A stretch of 64,000 nt of DNA. Origin: an uncultured Planctomycetota bacterium. GTDB lineage: Bacteria > Planctomycetota > Phycisphaerae > Tepidisphaerales > Tepidisphaeraceae. A model generated the notes under the pieces. That model saw only the letters and a list, made by a program, of their open reading frames with translations, ran no database searches and was not told where the DNA came from. Of this stretch, positions 1 to 10,500 are shown piece by piece. The DNA lies in NCBI GenBank assembly GCA_963841915.1, contig CAWJEN010000005.1, positions 800,001 to 864,000 of the forward strand, given 5' to 3'. The position numbers and the translations under genes are program-made. Position 1 is the stretch's first letter, and every line of letters starts with the position of its first letter.

Positions 1-1
1 C

Positions 2-259
2 GACAAGAATCTCCAGGACGCGTCTGAAGAGACGCGACAGCAGGCGGCCAAAAAGTCGAACGGCCTGAGCTTTGCGCACTTGCGAGAAGTGCTGCGGCTG
101 AGCGGTCTGCTCGCCATCGAAGAGACCCGTGACGACCGCACCGACGCCGACGTCATCAAGGCTGTCGAGCTGGTGTGGCAGAGTCACGACCGGGCCGTCC
201 GCGGCTTCCCGAGGACGCCTGACTTGCCATTCGGGCTGCAGCATCAGGACCGTCGGTGA
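2..259 (+). CDS. 3' end of a probable AAA+ ATPase (partial, lid domain)
   Basis: Open frame from the window edge to TGA at 257-259. SNGLSFAHLREV resembles an AAA lid motif. Confidence 0.5.
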   Translation, partial: DKNLQDASEETRQQAAKKSNGLSFAHLREVLRLSGLLAIEETRDDRTDADVIKAVELVWQSHDRAVRGFPRTPDLPFGLQHQDRR

Positions 260-260
260 T

Positions 261-652
261 GTGATTGGCTGCCGGTCTCGTGGCGCTTGCCCTCAAGAGC
301 GTGCTGGCGTTCACTTCGACACGCTGATGAAGAACAAGCGGAATGGGAGGCCGTTGTCTCCGCAGATGTACCGGCTAGAAGTTGCAAACGTCTTGCTGAA
401 GCTCCATCGCCAGCGGAGACTGATCCTGGAACGGCTTAGCAGTTGCTGAATTTGGAGCAGCTCCTGAGTGTCGAGTGCGTCGACCAGTCGCACTACCTCA
501 CGGCTGAGGTTCTTGAGGTCGCCCGCCAGCACCAGCTTTCGAGCTACGACGCCGAGTACCTGCGGCTAGCGACCGACCGCGGCTTGCCACTGCTCATGTT
601 CGACAACAACCTCCGCCAAGCCGCCGAGCGGGTTGGCGTCGCCTTACTCTGA
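261..652 (+). pseudogene. Degenerate, frameshifted VapC-like PIN-domain toxin
   Basis: LEVANVL lies in one frame and LSSYDAEYLRLATDRGLPLLMFDNNLRQAA in another. No intact N-terminal VD(A/S) motif is seen. Confidence 0.65.
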
Positions 653-1162
653 GGCGTCGCCGTGCCACTTGATCTCCTCGGCGTCGCTCCAGAGGCCGTC
701 AAGGTCGTAAAAGCTTCGGGACTCTTCGTCGAACACGTGCACGACGACGTCGACCAGGTCGAGTGCGATCCAGGCGTCGTTGGCCTCGCTCCGCTTGAAG
801 CCGATGATTGACGACAGGCCGTGCTCTTCACCGAGTTCTTCGACCTGAACGCCGATGGTCCGCATCTGTCGCGGGCTGCTGCCGGTGGCCAAGACGAGTA
901 CGTCGCAGACCGGTGACAGGCCGGCGACATTCAGCACACGGACGTCGCGACACTTCAGGTCGGCACACAACGTTGCACCGGCCTTGGCGAACTCGATCGC
1001 CTGCTCGACCCGCTGGCGACGCTCCGGTGACATCTCGCTGAGCGGCTCAAGCCGCGCATCAACGCCCGGCACCGCATTGGCGGCCTCAGGCATCTCTGCC
1101 TCGACCACGTCCTCGACCTGTGCATCTTCGTCCAACTCCTCCGGCCGCGTCGTCAAACTCAT
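644..1162 (-). CDS. rsfS: Ribosome silencing factor (Iojap/RsfS)
   Basis: LVLATGSSPRQM and WIALDLVDVVVHVFDEESRSFYDLDGLW motifs. Confidence 0.9.
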   Translation of the reverse strand: MSLTTRPEELDEDAQVEDVVEAEMPEAANAVPGVDARLEPLSEMSPERRQRVEQAIEFAKAGATLCADLKCRDVRVLNVAGLSPVCDVLVLATGSSPRQMRTIGVQVEELGEEHGLSSIIGFKRSEANDAWIALDLVDVVVHVFDEESRSFYDLDGLWSDAEEIKWHGDASE

Positions 1163-1215
1163 CTCGGCAAGTCTACGACGCTCGCGACCTCAAGGCCATG
1201 TCATATCAAGAACCC

Positions 1216-2217
1216 TCAACCACCGGCCACCACTTCACATTTGGGTTCACGGCTCATGAGCTCAGTCAGAGCCCGTCGCATGTCCACACCTTCGAACAGC
1301 ACCGCCGCCACCGCCTTAGCGATCGGCATCTCCACCTTTGACGTCTCGGCCAGTCCCAGCAACGCCCGCGTGGTGCTGACGCCCTCACACGTTGCCCCGA
1401 CCTCCTTCAACGCCGCCTCGAGCGTCCTGCCGCGCCCGATGAGCTCGCCAAGCCGTCGGTTGCGGCCGTCGGGGCTAAAGCACGTCGTCATGAGATCGCC
1501 CATGCCCGCCAGGCCGCTGAACGTCTCGGGCCTTGCGCCGCAGTGCCTGCCCAGTCGGCTCATCTCGACGAGCCCGCGGGTCACGAGACTCGCCTTGGCG
1601 TTGGTGCCGAGCTGCAGCCCGTCGACCACACCAGCCGCAATGGCGATTACGTTTTTTATGGCCCCCGCCAGCTCGACGCCGAGGGTGTCGGGCGTGGTGT
1701 AGACGCGGAAGTAGTCGGTGGCGAACAGGTCTCGGACACGATTGGCGTGGTCGTCCCACTCGCAGGCGACGACGGTGCCCGTCGGCTGACGGTCGACGAC
1801 TTCCTTCGCGATGTTGGGGCCGCTCAGGACCGCCAGAGGCCCGCTCCCGCCGCCTGCTTCTTTGAGAATCTCCGTCGGTCGCCTGCCCGTGTCACACTCG
1901 ACGCCTTTGCAACAGACCACGCCCGGCAAAGCACAGCCGTCCAGCGACGCAGCCACTTGGCGCAGCGTCTGCGTCGGGACCGCGTACACCACGATTGCGT
2001 CGTTCATTTGGCCGACGACGCCGATGTCGTCGCTCAGCATCCAGCGGTCGGACAGCGGAATGTCAGGCAGCTGCTTGCTCACACGCGTCTGGCGGAGCGT
2101 TGCGATGGTGTCTGGCCTGCCGACAAGGGTGACGCGGTGGCCGTTGTCGTCGAGCAGGCGCGCGCACATGACGGCCATCTGACCGGTGCCGAGGATGATG
2201 GCGTGTTCGTTGGCCAC
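1216..2217 (-). CDS. gpsA: NAD(P)H-dependent glycerol-3-phosphate dehydrogenase
   Basis: LSGPNIAKEV, GVELAGAIKNVIAIAAG, GLAGMGDLMTTCFS and GRNRRLG motifs. Confidence 0.95.
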   Translation of the reverse strand: MANEHAIILGTGQMAVMCARLLDDNGHRVTLVGRPDTIATLRQTRVSKQLPDIPLSDRWMLSDDIGVVGQMNDAIVVYAVPTQTLRQVAASLDGCALPGVVCCKGVECDTGRRPTEILKEAGGGSGPLAVLSGPNIAKEVVDRQPTGTVVACEWDDHANRVRDLFATDYFRVYTTPDTLGVELAGAIKNVIAIAAGVVDGLQLGTNAKASLVTRGLVEMSRLGRHCGARPETFSGLAGMGDLMTTCFSPDGRNRRLGELIGRGRTLEAALKEVGATCEGVSTTRALLGLAETSKVEMPIAKAVAAVLFEGVDMRRALTELMSREPKCEVVAGG

Positions 2218-2242
2218 GCGGCAACCCTACGGTGCCGGTCCG

Positions 2243-3400
2243 ATGCCCGTTGCCGACGAGTCGACCCAAACGATCAGCTTGCCCTTCGACGTGCCCGAGA
2301 GGCACTCGGGCTGGCAACCGTTGCTTCAAAAGCTCGCTGGCGTGGCTCAGCGACACGCCGAGCTCCAGTCGCTGATGAACGATCCGGACGTGCTGAGCGA
2401 CACGCAACGGCTCATCAGCGTCAGCCGTGAGTCGGGCCAGCTCGCCGCCTCCACTGAGACCTACAGCAGCTACGCCTCTGCCGCCGGTGAGCTGACCGAT
2501 CTGCAGGAGATGGCCAGCGATCCCGAGATGGCAGAAATGGCCGCAAGTGATCTGCCGCGGGTCGAGGCTCGGCTCGACGAGCTGCTTGAGCGGGCCAAGG
2601 AAGCATTCGTGGAGGCAGACGAGGTGCCGGTGAGTCGATTCTTCCTTGAAATTCGTGCCGGGACGGGTGGCGAGGAGGCGGCGCTGTTTGCACGAGACCT
2701 CTTCGAAATGTACCGCAAATACGCCGAAATCAAGGGCTGGAAGTTCAGCGCCGACGACTTCAGCGAAAGCGAGAGGGGCGGCTTCAAGGAAGTCGTCGTC
2801 GGCGTCCAGAGCGACGAGGCGTACAAGAAGCTCCGCTACGAAGGCGGCGGCCATCGGGTGCAACGCGTGCCCGAAACCGAGACGCAAGGCCGCGTCCACA
2901 CGAGCGCTGCCACCGTCGCGGTGCTGCCGGAGCTGGACGACGTGGAGGTGACGATCGAGGCCAAGGACATCGAAGAGCAAGGCTGCCGCGGTGGCGGGCC
3001 GGGTGGGCAAAACGTCAACAAGGTCGAAACCGGCTGGCGGATCACCCACAAGCCCAGCGGCCTGCAGTTCAAGATCACCGAGCAGAAGTCGCAAACGCAG
3101 AACAAGGAACGCGCCTGGGCTTTGTTGCGGGCGGCTTTGTACGAGCGGGAACGTGGCGCTCAGCTCGCCGAACAGTCGGCCAGCCGAAAGGCCATGATGG
3201 GCAGCGGCGACAGGAGCCAGCGGATCCGCACCTACAACTTCCCGCAGAACCGGTGCACCGACCACCGCCTGGGTGGCGGCGGTGACGACGACGCAGGTTC
3301 GAAGAACTTCCCACTCGAAAAGGTCATGAACGGCGACCTCGACGACCTGTCAAACGCCCTGGCCGAGCTCGACCGCCAGCAACGCCTGGCGGCGTTGTAA
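2243..3400 (+). CDS. prfA: Peptide chain release factor 1
   Basis: EIRAGTGGEEAALF, HRVQRVPETETQGRVHTS (PxT motif), GGQNVNK and IRTYNFPQNR. Confidence 0.93.
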   Translation: MPVADESTQTISLPFDVPERHSGWQPLLQKLAGVAQRHAELQSLMNDPDVLSDTQRLISVSRESGQLAASTETYSSYASAAGELTDLQEMASDPEMAEMAASDLPRVEARLDELLERAKEAFVEADEVPVSRFFLEIRAGTGGEEAALFARDLFEMYRKYAEIKGWKFSADDFSESERGGFKEVVVGVQSDEAYKKLRYEGGGHRVQRVPETETQGRVHTSAATVAVLPELDDVEVTIEAKDIEEQGCRGGGPGGQNVNKVETGWRITHKPSGLQFKITEQKSQTQNKERAWALLRAALYERERGAQLAEQSASRKAMMGSGDRSQRIRTYNFPQNRCTDHRLGGGGDDDAGSKNFPLEKVMNGDLDDLSNALAELDRQQRLAAL

Positions 3401-3413
3401 GCTCTTCGTCGAG

Positions 3414-4115
3414 ATGGAAGGCCCTTTGCCGACGCTTCAATATCGCTCGGCCAGCGATACGACCACACCAGTCGGACCCGCGGGTGGGGTCTTGCTAAAG
3501 GTCGCCCTTTGGCTGTGCCTGCCACTGCTTGTGCTGGCTTGGTGGGCCGGCTGGCACCGAAATGTGCCGGGCCGGATGGGCGTTCTCGGCTCTATTTACC
3601 TGTTATTCCTCGGAGCGCCATTATTTCTCGCGGCGGCTGTGTGTTGGAGTCGCGGGTTCTGGTACGCGAGAAGGACTTGGGACCTGTGGCAGGCTGAGCG
3701 ACGACGCATCGTCACGCTCATCGCCCTTCCGCCAATTCTGGGGTTGCTCGGATTGGGTTTAAGTCGCGGAGTGATCAGCCCGGGTCCGCCTGCTGTGCCG
3801 GGTATCGCGTCATTGGCCTCTGCCAGTTCCACGTGGAACACGTCCGCGGATGACTTCAGGAAGTCCGACAGTGGTTCATACAAGCCGCTCGTTATCGATG
3901 GAGTACCTGTCGAGTGGGTTGAGCTCGATCCGAGTGGTGGTGTCTGGTTCATCACCCGTCAACGTGACGCCGGGGGGTTCTTTTGGTCCTGGTTTTACGA
4001 GGGCATCGTCTACCGTCCAACCGCCGGCCACGACCCAGGTGGTAATCGCGGCGGGCCGACGCTCAAACCGTTAGGTAATGGTTGGTACGAGTTCAGAACG
4101 CTTTTGGTTGACTGA
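3414..4115 (+). CDS. Hypothetical membrane protein
   Basis: 233-aa ORF with three hydrophobic segments, co-oriented after prfA, more A/T-rich than its neighbours. Confidence 0.7.
   Translation: MEGPLPTLQYRSASDTTTPVGPAGGVLLKVALWLCLPLLVLAWWAGWHRNVPGRMGVLGSIYLLFLGAPLFLAAAVCWSRGFWYARRTWDLWQAERRRIVTLIALPPILGLLGLGLSRGVISPGPPAVPGIASLASASSTWNTSADDFRKSDSGSYKPLVIDGVPVEWVELDPSGGVWFITRQRDAGGFFWSWFYEGIVYRPTAGHDPGGNRGGPTLKPLGNGWYEFRTLLVD
3825..3840. promoter_or_regulatory. parS-like site (1 mismatch), inside a CDS
   Basis: AGTTCCACGTGGAACA. Confidence 0.7.
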
Positions 4116-4163
4116 GCGACCGACCTAAGCCACGGCGGATGAGGCGTCGTAGGGTTGGCCGCC

Positions 4164-4835
4164 ATGCTCCGCCAGGATGCGACGACTGCGACTCCCGACA
4201 CGCAGACTCAGAAGGGCATCGGCTTCGTCAAGCCCGCGCTGTCTCTTCTCGTCGCCGCCGGTCTGGCCGTGACGCTCTACGAAAAAGGGCTCGAAGATCG
4301 CGTCGAAATGAAGAATCTCGGCCTCGTCGAGCCGGGCTTGTGGCGTAGCGGGCAGTTCAGCCGCTTCATGGTCGGGCCAGCATTGGCATACGTGGAGCCG
4401 GATCTCATCGTCAGTTTGAGCGAGGACAAGTCGACGAACGCGGACAACATGGCCGAAAAGGCTGCGGCAGCTTCGGCCGGAATCGAGCGGGTTCATGTCA
4501 GCCTCAAGGGCGACGGCACGGGTGACCCGATGGAGTACGTCACTGCCCTTGGCTACGTCATCGACGCCCGTCGCGAAGGCAAGACGGTCCTCGTCCACTG
4601 CTACGCCGGCAGCGAGCGAACCGGGGGCATGATCGCTCTGTACCGCACGCTGGTTCAGGGAAGGCCAGCCGACGAGGCCATTCTCGACGAGCTCAGCGGG
4701 TACAAGCACGACGTCGAAGACGGCGTGCTCATCGACTACCTCAACGCGAACGTCGAAACGATCGCCACCGAGCTGCACGCGCGTGGCCATCTTGCCGAGA
4801 TTCCTCGTCCGCTGCCGCACTTCGGCAAGCCTTGA
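4164..4835 (+). CDS. Protein-tyrosine/dual-specificity phosphatase family protein
   Basis: CX5R loop VLVHCYAGSERTG, LWRSGQ motif and an N-terminal hydrophobic anchor. Confidence 0.85.
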   Translation: MLRQDATTATPDTQTQKGIGFVKPALSLLVAAGLAVTLYEKGLEDRVEMKNLGLVEPGLWRSGQFSRFMVGPALAYVEPDLIVSLSEDKSTNADNMAEKAAAASAGIERVHVSLKGDGTGDPMEYVTALGYVIDARREGKTVLVHCYAGSERTGGMIALYRTLVQGRPADEAILDELSGYKHDVEDGVLIDYLNANVETIATELHARGHLAEIPRPLPHFGKP

Positions 4836-4888
4836 GCGCTGCGCCGCGGCGGCCGAATGGGGTCGCGGCGGGCGGTGGCGGGGGTGAA

Positions 4889-4904
4889 TGTTCCACGTGG
4901 AACA
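4889..4904. promoter_or_regulatory. parS site
   Basis: Perfect TGTTCCACGTGGAACA. Confidence 0.9.
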
Positions 4905-4962
4905 TCGCCAACCCCCGCGGCGGGCTCTGGGCGGCGTTTTCGCCCTCTGCCGAGTCGGCGAA

Positions 4963-4978
4963 TGTTCCACGTGGAACA
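4963..4978. promoter_or_regulatory. parS site
   Basis: Perfect TGTTCCACGTGGAACA within a 20-bp palindrome. Confidence 0.9.
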
Positions 4979-5149
4979 TTTGCGGGTCGCAAATCACGTC
5001 GGCGGGTCGTCCGCCGTCGGGGAGAAAACGATGTCTGCGGTAACCCTTCCTGATCGTCACTGCGACGTTTTGAGGTGGCGGTACGTCGGCGGCCCGATGT
5101 CCGACATCGTCCGCCCAGGCGGCCGCCGATGCGCAGCGCCACTCGACGC

Positions 5150-6031
5150 TCAGATCGTCTCGCGCAGCCCCGACTTCTGGCCGCCCGACAGCGCGTGGTC
5201 CAGGACTTCGTCGTGCAGGTGCAGCTTGGCCAACTCCTCGTTCATCTCCGTCAAGTCGTCCTGCGGCTCGTACCCCAGCAGCTCACGGGCCGTGTCGATG
5301 CTCATCTTCTTGAACCGGTTGTCGCTCAAGCCGTGGACCACTGCAAACTTCAGGTGCTCGGCCTCGACGGCCTTCTGCAACAACTGGTTCAAGTCCCGCT
5401 TGCTCACGAACGAGTCGATCAGGTGCACCGCCTGCTCGACCTCGTGGGCGTCGTCGAACTTGTGCGTCGGCTGAAACGCGCCGATGCGAATCGCGATGCA
5501 CTGCACGCCTTCCTGCTCGGCCATGTAGCGGCCCATCGCTTCGCCAAAGCACTTCGTCACGCCGTACAGGTCGCCCGGATTGACCGGGTCATTCGGGGCG
5601 ACCTGCCGATCGCTGACGTAGCCGCCGACGGCGTGGATCGAAGACGCATACACGACACGCCGTACGCCCGTGCTCTTGGCGGCGGCGAACATGTTGTACG
5701 TCCCGACGATGTTGACCGGCAGCAGCGAGTCCCACGTCGCACTCGGCGAGGGGTCGGCTGCCAGGTGCAGAACCACGTCGATGTCCTGGCACGCCTTGAT
5801 GCAGTCTTCGAGCCTCGTGACGTCGCTGACGATGACCTTGCCGAGTGTTCCGACCTTGGACGTGTCGTCGCGTTCGTGGCAGAGCAGCGTCAGGTCGTAC
5901 CGGTCTCCGGCGTGCTCGGCAAAGTAGCTGCCGATGTTGCCCGCCCCGCCGGTGACGAGGACGCGAAGCTTCCCACCGGCCGGTTGGTAGTTCGAGTGAA
6001 GGGGCTCGACGAGCGAAAAGGATTCAGCCAT
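5150..6031 (-). CDS. NAD-dependent epimerase/dehydratase (uronate dehydrogenase-like)
   Basis: VLVTGGAGNIG, YASSIHAVG, YGVTKCFGE and IRIG motifs. Confidence 0.85.
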   Translation of the reverse strand: MAESFSLVEPLHSNYQPAGGKLRVLVTGGAGNIGSYFAEHAGDRYDLTLLCHERDDTSKVGTLGKVIVSDVTRLEDCIKACQDIDVVLHLAADPSPSATWDSLLPVNIVGTYNMFAAAKSTGVRRVVYASSIHAVGGYVSDRQVAPNDPVNPGDLYGVTKCFGEAMGRYMAEQEGVQCIAIRIGAFQPTHKFDDAHEVEQAVHLIDSFVSKRDLNQLLQKAVEAEHLKFAVVHGLSDNRFKKMSIDTARELLGYEPQDDLTEMNEELAKLHLHDEVLDHALSGGQKSGLRETI

Positions 6032-6124
6032 GGGCAGCGTTGTAACGACGCCGCTCCATGCTGGCGATGGTCAAAACAAGTCCGCTTGTGCTGCGACGTT
6101 CGCACGCGGTGCGACACGCACCGC

Positions 6125-7411
6125 TCACTCCGCCAGGCGGGCGCGGTACTTATCACGCAGCCGCGTGTGGTGGCTCGACAGGTCGACCCGGCGGCCGTTG
6201 ACCCAGGCGTCGGTTACATGGCTCGTCACCTCCAGGATGTCGCCGTCGGCAATGAAAAGCGTCGCTTCTTTGCCTTGGCCAAGACTGCCGACTTTGTCGG
6301 CGACGCCAAGAATCTTTGCCGGCCAGAGCGTCAGCGAAGCGACGGCGTCTTCGGCGCTAAGGCCGTAGCCGACGGCCGAAGCGGCGTGGTACGGCAGGTT
6401 CCGCGTAAACGCCGCCCCGCGGTCGGCACTGATGGCAAAGGTCACGCCCGCTTGCTTGAGTGCTGCCGGCAACGCATAAACGGCGGCCACGTCGTCGTCG
6501 CGGCGGTCAGGCAGCCGCTGGATCCCGTCGATGATCACCGGCACGTCGTGCTCGATCAGCAGGTCGCTCACCAACGCCGCGTCGCGGCCGCCGATGATCA
6601 CGAGGTCGAGTCCGCGGCGGACACCGAACGCCACCGCCGACTCGATCTGCGACGCCTCGTCGGCGTTGACGAACACTTTGGCCTCGCCCGCCAGGGCCGG
6701 CATCATCGCCTCCATCGACGCGTCGTAGGCAATCGTGTCGTCGGCCGCCTTGGCCCGGCGGTACTGCCTGGCCTGGTCGAAGATCGTCTCGATCCTGGCG
6801 AGGTTCTCATCCCGCTCTTTGGCCTGTTCTTCAGGCGTTTCGTCGTTCCACCACGCCGTGTTGGGCAGCAGGCCCGGCCAGTTGAGGACCAGGCCCGTCG
6901 ATGCCAGCGTCATGTCCTCGTACGTCCAGCCTTCGAGCCGCATGACGGCCCCGGTGCCGCTGACAATGCCGCCCTCGGGGTGACTGTGGACGAGCAGCAC
7001 GCCGTTGGCGCGTGTGGTCGCTACGTGTTCGGAATCCGGGTTGAAAGCCAGTTGTGCCTTGGCTTCCGGCGAGACGTTGCCGGCCTCGTCGAGATCGCGT
7101 GAGGCGCGGACGGCATTGACTTCGACGAGGCCGACTTCGGCCGAGGCGTCGATCAGGCCCGGGTAGACGTGCTTGCCGCTGGCGTCGATGACGAGGGTGC
7201 CTTCGGGCAGCGTGTAGAGCTCGACATCGCCGAGCACATCGGTGATGACGCCGTCTGCAGTGATGACGATGCCCTTGTCGATCGTCTCGCCGCTGACGGT
7301 GTGGACGGTGCCGCCGACAATGGCGACGTTTTCCACCGGGCCTGGCACGTTGTCATGCGCAACGGTCGCCGCAGCGGGAAGCAGGAGGATGCACAGCGAA
7401 AGTCGCAGCAT
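6125..7411 (-). CDS. Exported amidohydrolase-family protein
   Basis: Signal peptide; IDASGKHVYPGLID and PAKILGVADKVGSL...GKEATLFI. The HxH metal motif is absent (IDASAE). Confidence 0.85.
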   Translation of the reverse strand: MLRLSLCILLLPAAATVAHDNVPGPVENVAIVGGTVHTVSGETIDKGIVITADGVITDVLGDVELYTLPEGTLVIDASGKHVYPGLIDASAEVGLVEVNAVRASRDLDEAGNVSPEAKAQLAFNPDSEHVATTRANGVLLVHSHPEGGIVSGTGAVMRLEGWTYEDMTLASTGLVLNWPGLLPNTAWWNDETPEEQAKERDENLARIETIFDQARQYRRAKAADDTIAYDASMEAMMPALAGEAKVFVNADEASQIESAVAFGVRRGLDLVIIGGRDAALVSDLLIEHDVPVIIDGIQRLPDRRDDDVAAVYALPAALKQAGVTFAISADRGAAFTRNLPYHAASAVGYGLSAEDAVASLTLWPAKILGVADKVGSLGQGKEATLFIADGDILEVTSHVTDAWVNGRRVDLSSHHTRLRDKYRARLAE

Positions 7412-7533
7412 GATGATCGTGGTCAGGGTTCTGGTGGTTCGGCATGGGGTCGATGCCGCGCCGTCAGGGAGCCGGGGGTGTCGGGGTGTGTCGGTTGTGT
7501 TCTCGCAAGCTCCGACTCTGATCCGAAAGCAGG

Positions 7534-10500
7534 TCAGTGGTCAAAGGCGTGGCAGGCTTCGTCGTGGCGTGGCCACAGGTCGCTGGGACGTGTGGTGGAG
7601 CCCGGCTCGGCGGGCGTTTCGCCGCTGCCGAGCACCTTCTGGATGAGGGCCGCCTTCATCTCGGCGTTCTTCCTGGTCATGGCCGCGTGTTCTTCGCGGT
7701 CGTAGACCTTCACGCCGTCGACCCAGGTCTGCTCGACCACGCTGGTCGAGCTGAGCGGGTGGCCGCTCCAGACGACGAAGTCGGCGGCCTTACCGGGTTC
7801 GAGGCTGCCGACAAACTCGTCGATGCCGAGCTGTTTGGCCGGGTTGAGCGTGACCATCTTGAGGGCCTCTTCCTCGCTGACGCCGCTGTACTTGACGACC
7901 TTGGCCGCTTCGGTGTTGAGTCGTCGGGCGAGCTCGGCGTCGTCGCTGTTGAGGCTGACGACGACGCCGGCTTCGTGCATGATGCCGGCCGCGTAGGGGA
8001 TGGCGTCCATGACCTCGAACTTGTAGCCCCACCAGTCGCTGAACGTGCTTCCCCCGACGCCGTGGGCGGCCATCTCTTTGGCGACCTTGTAGCCTTCGAG
8101 AATGTGCTGGAAGGTGGCGATCTTGATGCCGAACCCCTCGAGCGTGCGCATCGTCGCCAGAATTTCGTCCTGGCGGTAGCTGTGGCAGTGGATGAGGCGG
8201 TCGCCGTCGAGCATCTCGACAAGCGCGTCGAGCTCGAGGTCGCGTCGGACGGGCATGCCGCCTTCGTCGGCGAACTTCTGTCGGGCGGCGCGGTAGTCCT
8301 GTGCCGCCCGGAAGCTGTCGGCGAAGACTTCCTGAACGCCCATGCGGGTCTGCGGGTAACGGGTGGCAAACTGTTCGCCCCAGTTGCTTTGCTTGACGTT
8401 TTCGCCGAGGGCGAACTTGACGCCCTTCGGGGCTTGGGCCATTTTCAGCTCCTCGGGGCCGACGCCCCAACGGAACTTGACGACCTGGTTTTGCCCGCCG
8501 ATGGGGTTGGCCGATCCGTGCAGGATGTTGGCCGCGGTGGTGCCGCCGGCGAGTTGGCGGTAGATGTCGATGTCGTCTGGATCGATGAAGTCGCCGATGC
8601 GGACCTCGCAGGTGACGGCCTGCGTGCCTTCGTTGATGCCGCCGTCGGTGGCGATGTGGGTATGGGCGTCGATGAGGCCGGGGGTGATGTGGCGACCTGT
8701 GGCATCGACCGATTCGATTCGCTTGCCATCGACGGGATCGGCGGCGAGGTAATGCCACTCCGACCGCTTCTGCTCATCAGCGACAACGCCGATCTTGCCG
8801 TCGGCTAGCTCTATCATCGCGTTTGTCACGACGCCTGCTTCTCCTAACGACCAGACGGTCGCGCCGGTGATGCGCGAGTAGCGCGGTCTTGGTAGCTCCG
8901 AGGCAGACATTCCATACGCCCCGAGCGGGTAGTTGACCTCGAAGAGCGGCGACTTGTCCAAGCGAGCCCCGACCGTGAGGGAGGGGTCTGCGGGTTGCGT
9001 GGACGGTTGGGTGGTCGCGGGAGTCTCAGAAACCCCTCCCTCACGGTCGGGGCTCGCTTCGGAATCTTTCGGAGTCTCATTCTCGTCGACGATCGCCGCG
9101 GTGCCGGGGCGCTGGTCGTCTTCGGTCGGGACGTCGAGCTCCGTGGGCGGTGCGACGCCACCGCGGATGGCGGCTTCGTCGGGGCCGGCGGTAGGTGTGT
9201 TTCCTTCGGGCTTGACCGGCTGCGTCGCGGCCGCGGCGTCGCCGGTGCGGTCGAAGGCGAGCGACTTGCGGGTGCCGTCGGGCATCGACGCGACGCCACG
9301 CAGCGTGCCGCCGGCGAGCGTGAGCGAGACGCTGGCGACGCCGTCCTGGCCGAGCGGTTTGGCGTCGACGGTGAAACTCACGCCGTCGCCGACCTGTTCG
9401 AGGTTCTTCGCATCGGCCGAAGCGTCGCCGGCGGCAAAGCTGGCTTTCCACGCGTCGCCGTCTGCGAGGGTCAGCTTCAGGCCGACCGTCTCCCACACGC
9501 CTGCCAGGCCGTCGGGCTGCCTGGCTTCGATCTCGTAGCGCTCGCCCTCGACCCAGACTTCGACGATCTTCGCCTCACCCGCCGGGTCGAAAAGGTCGCC
9601 GTCGGCAATGACGAAGCTGGCGAGTTTGCCCGCCTCGACAACGCCGAGATGGTCGCCCTGATCGAGCAGGTCGGCCGCCTTGGTTGTCAGCATCGCCAAC
9701 GCCGCGTCGGCGGGCAAACCGCGAGCGATCGCCCGGCGGACGTTCGGCAGGAACTCTGCCACGTCGTCCAGCCCTCGCGTCGTAAAGGCGACGGCCGCCT
9801 CGCGTTCGTGCAGGTAGGCGACGTTGCTGGGCGACAGGTCCCAGTCCATCAGATCCCGCAGCGACGTGGCCGACGCCTTGGCCGGACTCGTCACGTCGGG
9901 CGGTGCGGGAAAGTTGACCGGTACGACGAGCGGCAGATCGGCCTCGGCGACCAGATCCGCCCGGCGATATTCATCACCACTGGCGACGGCAACGGCGTCC
10001 AACTCGAACTCGTCGGCGTACTGCCGAGCCCGCAGGACGAACCGCTCGTCGTCGCACACGATCCATGCGATCATCTCGCCGTCCGCGACCGGCACCAGGG
10101 CCGCCAGGGCGTCATTGTGCTCGACGGCCGGCAGCGTCGGGTCGGCCTCGACCGCGTCGTTCGCATCGCGATACCACTGGGCGTCGTACATCGCCTGCCG
10201 GGCGAGTGCGACCGCGCCCATCGGGCTCCGCGGGTACGGCGCCGGCGTGCCCCATGGCGCGCGCTCGGCCGTGTGTCGCATGGCCATGCCGAGGTCGCTG
10301 GCGAGGACGCGAGGCGTGTCGGCCGTGCTGGCGAGAGCGATTGTTCCGCGGATGATGCCGGTGTCGGGCGCGATGACGCGGGCGACGAAGCCGCTGGGCC
10401 GGGCGGCGGTGGCCGACGAGATCGCGTCGGCGGCGGATCGCTGGGGCGTGACGTACTTGTTCCAGTAGCCGTTGGTCTCGTCGACGGCGGGCACATCGGC

